In this document: positions 43,287 to 50,972 of the stretch, piece by piece | Layout of the letters: each line of letters begins with the position of its first letter | Position numbering within the stretch: position 1 is the first letter of the stretch | Source: an uncultured Rhodospirillales bacterium | GTDB taxonomy: Bacteria > Pseudomonadota > Alphaproteobacteria > RF32 > CAG-239 | Assembly (NCBI GenBank): GCA_902763185.1 | Contig: CACWQT010000009.1 | Span: 442-64,441, forward strand | Direction: 5' to 3' | Length of the DNA stretch: 64,000 bases | The notes under the pieces: generated by a model | What the model was told of the DNA's origin: nothing | What the model saw: only the letters and a program-made list of their open reading frames with translations | Database searches by the model: none | Made by a program: the position numbers and the translations under genes

Positions 43287-43645
43287 TAGGATAAACAGTA
43301 TATCGAAGCGGCACGGGTGCCGGTTCGAACCGTAGCTCGCAGGCGGATATCAGACGCCGATTGCCGAAAGACAAGCGAGCAAGGTCGGCGTTAAGAAAAC
43401 TTTTGAAGAAAGTTTTTAGTCATTCCGGCCTAGCGCACCAATAAAAAAAGAGAGCCGTTAAGGTTCTCTTTTTTTATTGGTATAATAGATTGATAAGCGA
43501 ATTGATACGGTGTTGGTTCGATTACCAGCGAAAGGCAGACGATGGTATGTCGGTCAGCGAAGCCGATGAGTGCCCTTGTGACGAAGTCACTCCGGTCTAA
43601 CGTATCAATAAAAAAACACGGTAAGAGGTATCTTACCGTGTTCTT
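43249..43645 (+). repeat. tRNA-linked tandem repeat array (units of 192 and 167 bp, plus a final hairpin)
   Basis: 28-bp exact repeat at 43230-43257 and 43422-43449, a degenerate third copy at 43589-43616, each followed by a hairpin. Confidence 0.88.
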
Positions 43646-43667
43646 GAATTAAAATGTCAAACTTCTT

Positions 43668-43997
43668 TTAGCTATTAACATTGTATGCATTAGTGAGCAT
43701 AGCCTCTCCTTCAATGTATTGGTTAATTGTCACTAAAAGGGCTTTGACACTATCATTCGGAACGATCTTGCAGATATCCATGGGTAAGGTTAAATTGTGC
43801 ATTCTCTGTAGCTCAATGAGGACGTTGGTTAATCGGATGTTACCCATGTTCAGATCACGAATAAAATCATAATTAAGCAACTGTTCATCAGAAGCGTCTT
43901 GCAGGTTTTTAGCTGCACAATCGTTCCCATTGTTGACATACATGATTGCATGTCGCAGGTCTTTAATAGTAATTGTTTGCTTCATCATAATATACAT
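43668..43997 (-). CDS. Acyl-carrier-protein-like protein lacking the conserved Ser
   Basis: FIRDLNMGNIRLTNVLIELQRMHNLTLP..SV..L aligns by eye with ACP F..DLGxDSL...E.E..F.I.IP...TV..L. Confidence 0.5.
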   Translation of the reverse strand: MYIMMKQTITIKDLRHAIMYVNNGNDCAAKNLQDASDEQLLNYDFIRDLNMGNIRLTNVLIELQRMHNLTLPMDICKIVPNDSVKALLVTINQYIEGEAMLTNAYNVNS

Positions 43998-44128
43998 TTT
44001 AATTTATAAAATCCGGTGGAAGTTATATCTGTTTATTTGTTCTGTCAAATCATTTTTTTTGATTTTGTTGCAAAATAATAAATATGGAGTAATATAATGA
44101 TGTATGACAAAAGCGAAAGATAAAGCTG

Positions 44129-45109
44129 TTGAGATATTTTAGATATTTAATTTTCATCTTAATGTGTTTAATGGGAAGGTCTAGTTATGCAGATAGCTAT
44201 CTCGTAAATACATCTGTGTTAAATTTGCGTACATGTGCCAGTATTAATTGTCGAATTAAGGGAAAATTATTGGCTGGAGATACGGTACAAGTTGAAGAGC
44301 AATATGATTCATGGTCTAAGGTTTCTACGAAATATGGAGCAGGATATGTAGTTTCTCGTTCTATTAAAATTAAAAATGGAAAGTATGTCGAGAATACATA
44401 TTTATTTTTGTTTTTGAGTGTTCTTGTTCTTTTATCTATTATCTTTTTTATATACAAGATTATAAAATATAAACAAGAATTGAAGAAAAATAAAGAATTG
44501 ATACAAACAGTTACAAGTCTTGATAGAGGTGAGCCAGCAGAATTGGATTTGATTTTAAAGTTATTGAAATCAGGTTTTTCTCCGAATTTTCTTTTTCATG
44601 ATTTATATGTAACTAAAAAAAATGGTAATTTTTCCCAAATAGATTTGGTTATGTTAACGGATGTGGGGCTTATTGTTTTTGAAGTTAAAGACTATAATGG
44701 TTGGATTTATGGAAGAGGAAATGAAAGTAAATGGACAAAAGTTTTAGCGTATGGTCGTAGTAAGTATAGATTTTATAATCCAATAATACAAAATCAGAAT
44801 CATATAGATGAATTAAAAAAGATAATAGAAGAAGATATACCTTTTTATTCTGTTATTGTTTTTTATGGAAATTGCAAATTAAAAGATGTTAGTTTTATTC
44901 CTAAAAGGACTTTTGTTACTAAAGGGTATAGTGTATTATATGCGTTAGATAGTATTTTTAGCGAAGCCAAAAAAATTGAATATACTGATAAAGATAGAAT
45001 CATTAAACTTTTATCTGATGCCGTTAATAAAGGTAATGATTTTAATGTATCGAGACAACATATCGATAATATTAGAGATATGTTGGGGACTGATAGGATA
45101 TTTCAATAA
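44129..45109 (+). CDS. Signal peptide-SH3b-TM-NERD nuclease domain protein
   Basis: LNLR...W.KV....GYV (SH3b), a hydrophobic TM, then QIDLV....GLIVFEVKDYNGWIYG and FYNPI.QN..H (NERD). Confidence 0.85.
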   Translation: MRYFRYLIFILMCLMGRSSYADSYLVNTSVLNLRTCASINCRIKGKLLAGDTVQVEEQYDSWSKVSTKYGAGYVVSRSIKIKNGKYVENTYLFLFLSVLVLLSIIFFIYKIIKYKQELKKNKELIQTVTSLDRGEPAELDLILKLLKSGFSPNFLFHDLYVTKKNGNFSQIDLVMLTDVGLIVFEVKDYNGWIYGRGNESKWTKVLAYGRSKYRFYNPIIQNQNHIDELKKIIEEDIPFYSVIVFYGNCKLKDVSFIPKRTFVTKGYSVLYALDSIFSEAKKIEYTDKDRIIKLLSDAVNKGNDFNVSRQHIDNIRDMLGTDRIFQ

Positions 45110-45148
45110 AGAATATAATATATATGCTTTTTATAGGTGAGAGTTTAT

Positions 45149-45481
45149 ATGCATAAAATGAACGTTAAAGAAAAATACTATAATATGCTTAAATCAGGCC
45201 AAAAGACGATAGAACTTCGGCTGTTTGATGAAAAGCGGCAGAGTATCGAAATCGGGGATGTTATAGAATTTACCAATGCAGATAATGTGTCTGATAAGTT
45301 TTTAGCGGAAGTGGTTAATTTACATCGAACCGGTGATTTTGCGACCTTATGCCACAAGATTAGTTGTCATCAGGCAGGTTTTGAAACAAATGAAGAATTG
45401 ATAAGCTGTTTGGCAGAATTTTATACGCCGGAAAAACAAAAGCACTTTGGCGTGTTGGGGATTGAAATTAAGCGAGTGTAG
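45149..45481 (+). CDS. ASCH domain protein
   Basis: SGQKTIELRLFDEKR..I.IGD.IEF and GVLGIEI. Confidence 0.9.
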   Translation: MHKMNVKEKYYNMLKSGQKTIELRLFDEKRQSIEIGDVIEFTNADNVSDKFLAEVVNLHRTGDFATLCHKISCHQAGFETNEELISCLAEFYTPEKQKHFGVLGIEIKRV

Positions 45482-45485
45482 GACA

Positions 45486-46280
45486 ATGAAGTTAAAAATA
45501 ATTTTTGCCAATGTTATCCAAGGGATGATTCATATCGGTTATAATGATAAGCAAGAGAATCTGTTTGCCGGCTTTCATCCGGAGAAGTATGTGGCGTATT
45601 TTGCGCAAGAAAAGCCGGATATTTTGTGTATGGCAGAGTGCTTGCTTGATGAGCCTTATGGTCAAAGTCAGTTTGTTAATGATATATCTAAGGCGTGTGG
45701 GTTACCTTATTATAAGAATCTTGTTGGTGAAAAGGCGTTTTTTGTTAAAGATAAATATTACGGACTTTCTATTTGTTCTAAATTTCCGATAGAAGATTAT
45801 GAGGTTTTAAAATTGGCAAATCCCAGAATAGAGACTATTCGTCCGAACGGTGATTATTGGGTGATGCATGATAAATATATTCAAAAAGCCGGTTTACGCC
45901 TTAGTTCAGATACAAAAATTCAGCTTATTAACACGCACATGTTTCCGTTTCAGCATTTTAATAAGCATTTTTGGGATGAGGAATTTTCTGATTATCGGCG
46001 GCAATGGGCGGAAATGTTAATGCCAAATGAGCGCCAATCCGTGCTTGTCGGAGATTTTAATACAGTAGGTATTTCTATTGAAAAGGCTTTTCCTGAGCTT
46101 GAAGTCGGGCAAAAACTGCAATCTTTGGTTAATTACGATGGTAAAAAGTATCAGCCGAAATATCCATACGATACGCAGATTGAGTATGTGCTGGCGACAA
46201 AAGATTTTAAACTTTTGAGCGCTAAAGAAGAAATGCTTTATTCTGACCACCCGTTTTTGGTTGCTGAAGTTGAGGTTTGA
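45486..46280 (+). CDS. Endonuclease/exonuclease/phosphatase (EEP) family protein
   Basis: PDILCMAE, INTH, GDFN, SDHP. Confidence 0.88.
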   Translation: MKLKIIFANVIQGMIHIGYNDKQENLFAGFHPEKYVAYFAQEKPDILCMAECLLDEPYGQSQFVNDISKACGLPYYKNLVGEKAFFVKDKYYGLSICSKFPIEDYEVLKLANPRIETIRPNGDYWVMHDKYIQKAGLRLSSDTKIQLINTHMFPFQHFNKHFWDEEFSDYRRQWAEMLMPNERQSVLVGDFNTVGISIEKAFPELEVGQKLQSLVNYDGKKYQPKYPYDTQIEYVLATKDFKLLSAKEEMLYSDHPFLVAEVEV

Positions 46281-46281
46281 T

Positions 46282-46776
46282 TTATCTTTCTTTTATGTAT
46301 AAATCACAATAGCAATAACAACCTTTTTGAGCATAAATACATTCCGAGCAAGAGCGGTTGTGTGGGTATTTAAATTTCATTCTCTCTTTTATCAGGCAGT
46401 GCATACCAAGATGTTTCATGACCGAAGACAAGTTTATCTCTTTTTTGTCTTTGAGGCGCCAACAGCTGCAATAAAGCGGTTTATAATCTTTCGGTAATTC
46501 TGCTTCCGCTTTTTGAAGCATTGTTACAATCAATCCTTTTTTGCGGTGTTTAATGTTAGTGCATGTCCAAGTTATTTCATAGCCGTTATATTCCGATTTT
46601 TTAATCGGCAAGATTCCTGTTGCTGCGACAATTTTATTATTATACTCGGCTATCTGGTAGCGATTTTTGGTCGGATTTAATGCCCCGTTGTTTATGGCAA
46701 ATAAACCAAAATTTTCTTTGAATAATTTTTCTAATTCAGCTTTGTCGGCAGGAGTGCTTTTTCTAAATATATACAT
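46282..46776 (-). CDS. GNAT family acetyltransferase with a Cys-rich C-terminus
   Basis: EITWTCT...HRKKGL and C-terminal CSEC...CYCYCD. Confidence 0.75.
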   Translation of the reverse strand: MYIFRKSTPADKAELEKLFKENFGLFAINNGALNPTKNRYQIAEYNNKIVAATGILPIKKSEYNGYEITWTCTNIKHRKKGLIVTMLQKAEAELPKDYKPLYCSCWRLKDKKEINLSSVMKHLGMHCLIKERMKFKYPHNRSCSECIYAQKGCYCYCDLYIKER

Positions 46777-46786
46777 GATAATTCTC

Positions 46787-47506
46787 TTATAAATGCTTTT
46801 TGAGCTCATATTCATAAATGGTTTCCATAGGTTTAAAACCAAGCTTTTTATAGATGATTAAACCTAATTTGGAGGCGGTTAAAAGGAATTTGGTGCGTTT
46901 ATTGGTTATTTCATGATTAAGGGTTTGTGCGGTGATTTCTCTTCCAAAGCCTTGTTTTCTATGTTTTTCAATTACACCAATCCAGTAAACGGCAGAATAT
47001 CCGCCGCCGCGAATGACTTGAGATACCCCGACAGGTGTTTTACCTTTATAAAAGATAAAATAGGTGGCGTATTTTTTTCCTAAATCGGTCTTAAATGATT
47101 CATAAATCGAATCAGTATCCCAGCTGTCGTATATTTTTGAGGCTATTCTTCCCCATAATCTTAGGTCTTCTTTCGTTTTGACAGTTTGAAAAGTTAATCT
47201 TTTTGTGGTGGCAAAAGGCGTCTTTTGCTCTAAGCCGTAAACAATTGCTTTTTCGACGAACTTTAATTCAGTCGGATATTTTTTATGTAAATTTTCTACT
47301 GAAGAGAGTAATGCGGTTCTATAGTCCTGTGTTTCTGTTAAAATGTTTTTTAAGGTGGTTTTGTTTATTTTATCAGAATAAGTCGGATTAAGACCGCCTC
47401 GGGCGATAGGAAAAGCCCACTTTACATACATCACGTTATTTTTGGTGGAACAGGCGTTTTTTCTTTTAACGCTGACTTCGTATAAATTTTCCATATATTT
47501 TAACAT
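46787..47506 (-). CDS. GNAT family acetyltransferase
   Basis: IGV...HRKQGFG and G..IYKKLGF. GGAGG RBS before ATG 47506. Confidence 0.85.
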   Translation of the reverse strand: MLKYMENLYEVSVKRKNACSTKNNVMYVKWAFPIARGGLNPTYSDKINKTTLKNILTETQDYRTALLSSVENLHKKYPTELKFVEKAIVYGLEQKTPFATTKRLTFQTVKTKEDLRLWGRIASKIYDSWDTDSIYESFKTDLGKKYATYFIFYKGKTPVGVSQVIRGGGYSAVYWIGVIEKHRKQGFGREITAQTLNHEITNKRTKFLLTASKLGLIIYKKLGFKPMETIYEYELKKHL

Positions 47507-47573
47507 AAGTGCCTCCGATAATATTATGTGAAAGCATACTTGTTTTTTCTTAAATTTGTGTAAAAAAAACCGG

Positions 47574-48113
47574 CTATGTAGCCGGTTTTTTGGGTGGGTA
47601 AGGATAAGTTTCAAGCCATTGTAAATCGTATTTCTCAAAAACTTTCCTTGCATTTTGCATTAATCGGTCATCGCTCCAGTTTTGTTGTTTCGCTGTTCTT
47701 AAGAGGGCTATCACCGCTTTTTCTTGGGTCCCATCCAGATGGACAGGTAAAGCCTTTACCGTTTGCTTGGCTAATATTACTGATTGCGGATTACCGGTTA
47801 ATAGCGGGTGATACGGCGGTAAGCCTTTCCCCTCATAGAGACGCCGATATGCACAACTTGGCGGCAAAAGCTCTAAATTCTCTTCTAACAGTTGCAAATT
47901 TACCTTTTTGCACTCGCTGTCAGTTAATTCAAAGCGTTTGTTGTAGCATGAACAAATACCCTTTTTTAGATCAAAATACTTACATATTCGGTTAGAAAAG
48001 TGAATTACCCCGTTATCGGAGTATTTGAGCATGCAACATTTTCCGCACTTTAAGCAAATTTGTTCCCATTGCTCGTCTGTGAGTTCAGAGAGCGGTTTTT
48101 CATAAAAATTCAT
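47574..48113 (-). CDS. YcgN/UPF0260 cysteine-cluster protein
   Basis: WEQICLKCGKCC, LPPSCAYR, HPLLTG. Confidence 0.88.
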   Translation of the reverse strand: MNFYEKPLSELTDEQWEQICLKCGKCCMLKYSDNGVIHFSNRICKYFDLKKGICSCYNKRFELTDSECKKVNLQLLEENLELLPPSCAYRRLYEGKGLPPYHPLLTGNPQSVILAKQTVKALPVHLDGTQEKAVIALLRTAKQQNWSDDRLMQNARKVFEKYDLQWLETYPYPPKKPAT

Positions 48114-48251
48114 AAGCCAGAATGATTTGTTAAATTAGCTTCTTTATAGCATGTTTGTGCATAAAATCAAGAGCCTTTATCAGAAAAATGTTTGACAGTT
48201 TTGGCAGTGTGCAGTATAGGTAGTATGTTTTAATAATTTTGTGAGGGAAAA

Positions 48252-48560
48252 ATGAAAAAGACTTTATTTTGCTTGTTAGCACTATTTGTGCTTAGTGGTT
48301 GTGAAACTGTTTCTAAATACAGCACGGCCAATGCCGGTGATTCGGTAAAAACGAGAATGCGCGCTTGCTTGGTCAGCGAAGCAACTGCTAAATTCCAAGC
48401 CGGAACACTGTTCTCTAAAGGAATTTCTGCGATGTCTGATGAGTTGGTCTCAACTTGTATGCAAAAGCTTGCTTTGCAGTCAGCCGGTATCAGCCAAGAA
48501 TCGCAATCGACAGCGGCGACGATTATACAGAATTTGCAAAATTTCGGCACCGCCCAATAA
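48252..48560 (+). CDS. Hypothetical lipoprotein
   Basis: Lipobox LSGC. Confidence 0.75.
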   Translation: MKKTLFCLLALFVLSGCETVSKYSTANAGDSVKTRMRACLVSEATAKFQAGTLFSKGISAMSDELVSTCMQKLALQSAGISQESQSTAATIIQNLQNFGTAQ

Positions 48561-48670
48561 GGAGGCTTGTATAGCACCGGTCATAAAAGCGTCGGCGCTC
48601 GCTTATTTACTCATTTTGTAAATCGCGCTCGCGGCGTCACTTTTAGCACCGGCACTCTCCAAGCCTATTG
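48555..48670. repeat. RPE-like imperfect palindromic element (about 115 bp)
   Basis: Nested arms AGGCTTG/CAAGCCT, CCGGT/ACCGG, TAAAAG/CTTTTA and central ATTTAC/GTAAAT flanked by GCGCTCGC. Confidence 0.65.
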
Positions 48671-48700
48671 TAAAATCGCTCTTATGTAAGAGCGATTTTT
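48671..48700. terminator. Bidirectional terminator
   Basis: AAAATCGCTCTTA/TAAGAGCGATTTT hairpin. Confidence 0.75.
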
Positions 48701-48703
48701 AGT

Positions 48704-49117
48704 TTAAATTTTCTCTTTATGTTGTTTCAGAAAGTTCTCATTAGGGAGCATTAAAGGGGAGGGCAATTTATCCATATCGAACCATCGCCATTCGGCGCAT
48801 TTATCAGGTTCCATTACTCTGGGTGTGCCGCTGAATTTATGGCAAGACATGTGCAATGTGATGTAATGTTTGTTGCTTTCTTTGAAAAAATCGTTAGTAA
48901 CGCCGGCAAAGCTTATGTCTTTGGTTTCAATTTGTAGTCCTGTTTCTTCTTTGGCTTCGCGAACAGCTGCTTGTTCGTTTGTTTCGCCAAATTCCATATG
49001 CCCGCCGGGCGGACACCACGTGCCTGTTGCGTGTGTGCTTTTTCTTAGGCCCAGAAGGACCTGGTTCTTTTCATTAAAAATGTATAATCCGACACCGACT
49101 TTGACAACTTTTTCCAT
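48704..49117 (-). CDS. Nudix hydrolase (NUDT15/MutT-like)
   Basis: GGHMEFGET..QAAVREAKEETG Nudix box and EPDKC..W.W. Confidence 0.92.
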   Translation of the reverse strand: MEKVVKVGVGLYIFNEKNQVLLGLRKSTHATGTWCPPGGHMEFGETNEQAAVREAKEETGLQIETKDISFAGVTNDFFKESNKHYITLHMSCHKFSGTPRVMEPDKCAEWRWFDMDKLPSPLMLPNENFLKQHKEKI

Positions 49118-49251
49118 GATTTTCTCCGTTTTCTTTAGTGTTATCGCTTTTAAGTTTATTTTGCAAGGGCTTTTAAGCTTGTGTAAAAGCAAATTATAAT
49201 ACTGCTTTTTTGTTTTTTGCTGTTACACTTAAAGCATAATGTTATGATGAG

Positions 49252-50190
49252 GTGTTGATGAAGAGTTTAAGGAAAATTTTTTATAAAATGCTGTTTAAGT
49301 TTTTAGAGAAAAATAAGCTTAAGCGTAAGCAGATGTATATTTGTTTGTCAGAAGTCGGAATTAAAAAATATAAAAAGCTGGCGGCTTTAAGCGCTCGTGA
49401 AACAGCTGAGAAAAAAGAATTTCCGTATTTTATTTCTATTGCATGTATTATTAAGAACGAGGGGCCATACTTAAAAGAGTGGATAGAATATCATAAACTT
49501 ATCGGTGTGGAACATTTTTATGTGTATGATAACGAAAGTGATGATAATACCAAAGAAATTCTTAAGCCTTATATTGACAGAGGTCTTATTACCTATTTGT
49601 TCTTTCCGGGTCGTGATATGCAGGATATTGCGTATGAACATTGTTCCAAGCATTTCGGTCATGAAACGAAGTGGTTGGCCGTGCTTGATTTAGATGAATT
49701 TATTGTCTTAAAACAAAGTAAGAATTTAAAAGAGTTTATGGCAGAATTTTCTGATTGCAGCCAGCTAAGTATTCATTGGATGATGTATGGAAGTTCCGAG
49801 CATAAGAAAATGCCGGTTGGCGGTGTGTTGGCCAATTTTAAGGCGCACGAGGCAAAGCCGATGTTTTCGCCTAAATCAATATTTAATCCGCGAACAGTTA
49901 CTGCTTGGGGATCTCATTATATGTGGGTATGCGGTAAATGGGTTAATGAAAATAAAGAAGAGTTTGGAAAAGACAGGATATCTTGTCCGACAGCAAAAGT
50001 GCAAGTTAATCATTACATGATTAAATCATGGGAAGAGTTTTATAATCGAAAAGTTGCCCGAGGGCGTGCAGATTATTATACGTTTGGGGACGATTTGAAA
50101 GCTTATTTTGATCGTTTTGATAAAAATGAAGTAGCAGATGATTTGATGATGCCCTATGTGAACGAACTTAAAAGTAAAGGTGTGTTATAA
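49252..50190 (+). CDS. Glycosyltransferase family 92 / GT2-like
   Basis: IKNEGPYLKEWIEYH, YDNESDD, DLDEFI, NHY. Confidence 0.85.
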   Translation: MLMKSLRKIFYKMLFKFLEKNKLKRKQMYICLSEVGIKKYKKLAALSARETAEKKEFPYFISIACIIKNEGPYLKEWIEYHKLIGVEHFYVYDNESDDNTKEILKPYIDRGLITYLFFPGRDMQDIAYEHCSKHFGHETKWLAVLDLDEFIVLKQSKNLKEFMAEFSDCSQLSIHWMMYGSSEHKKMPVGGVLANFKAHEAKPMFSPKSIFNPRTVTAWGSHYMWVCGKWVNENKEEFGKDRISCPTAKVQVNHYMIKSWEEFYNRKVARGRADYYTFGDDLKAYFDRFDKNEVADDLMMPYVNELKSKGVL

Positions 50191-50969
50191 TGCGGTGTTT
50201 CAAGCTTTTTTTTGCGATTTTATTGTTAACTGGTTGTGTAACATATCAGCATATTGATGTCCCACACAGTTTTCGCTCACAAAGGCTTGATACCGGTAAG
50301 TTTGTTATTTCTGCATGGGTAAAGGAACAGAATCCTTCGGCTCCGGTTAAGATTTATATAGAGGGCGATGGCGGTTCTTTTGATGCCTACGGTCAGCCGA
50401 CGCGTGATCCGACACCAAGGGGGATTTTAGTCAGAGATTTGGCATTTAGGGATTATAATCCGAATGTCGCGTATCTGGCACGTCCGTGTCAGTTTAATAA
50501 AGAAGGTATATGCCAACAAAAGTATTGGACAACCGCTCGTTTTGCACCGGAAGTGATTGATGCTATGTATTTGGCCGTAAAGGAAGTTGCCAAAGGACGT
50601 GAGATTATTTTAATCGGCTTTTCGGGCGGTGGGCAGGTGGCAGGTCTTATTGCTGCAACTAAACCCGATTTGCATATTAAAAAAGTAATAACTATCGGCG
50701 GTAATCTTGACCATAGGACATGGACAGCTTATCATAATGTTCCGGAGTTAAGTGAATCTCTCAGTTTAACCGATTATTTGGATACTTTTTGTGCGATACC
50801 GCAACGACATTATGTCGGGCAACAGGATACGGTTATTCCGCCAACACTGATGATAAAGTCTCTCAAACAGTGTTATGTGCATGCAACCGATGTTTTCAGT
50901 GTGGTCGGTGATGCCTCACATGATAAAGGTTGGGAGAGTATTTATCCTGCCATTTGGGCAACAAGATAA
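50190..50969 (+). CDS. Alpha/beta hydrolase lipoprotein
   Basis: Lipobox LTGC, IYIEGDG, YLARPCQ, GFSGGG nucleophile motif. Confidence 0.85.
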   Translation: MRCFKLFFAILLLTGCVTYQHIDVPHSFRSQRLDTGKFVISAWVKEQNPSAPVKIYIEGDGGSFDAYGQPTRDPTPRGILVRDLAFRDYNPNVAYLARPCQFNKEGICQQKYWTTARFAPEVIDAMYLAVKEVAKGREIILIGFSGGGQVAGLIAATKPDLHIKKVITIGGNLDHRTWTAYHNVPELSESLSLTDYLDTFCAIPQRHYVGQQDTVIPPTLMIKSLKQCYVHATDVFSVVGDASHDKGWESIYPAIWATR

Positions 50970-50972
50970 TAA

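Noticed and set aside
43150-43335. 61-aa ORF
   Set aside because: It is a translation of the tRNA-Leu gene and its terminator.
43522-43590. Hammerhead or theta (HDV-like) ribozyme
   Set aside because: GAAA and CCGATGAG are present, but the CUGAnGA core is mutated and stem III with a UH site cannot be built. I could not fit an HDV-like fold either.
43230-43645. CRISPR array or prophage attL/attR
   Set aside because: The repeats are tRNA 3' ends spaced 167-192 bp apart, and there are no cas, integrase or phage genes in the window.
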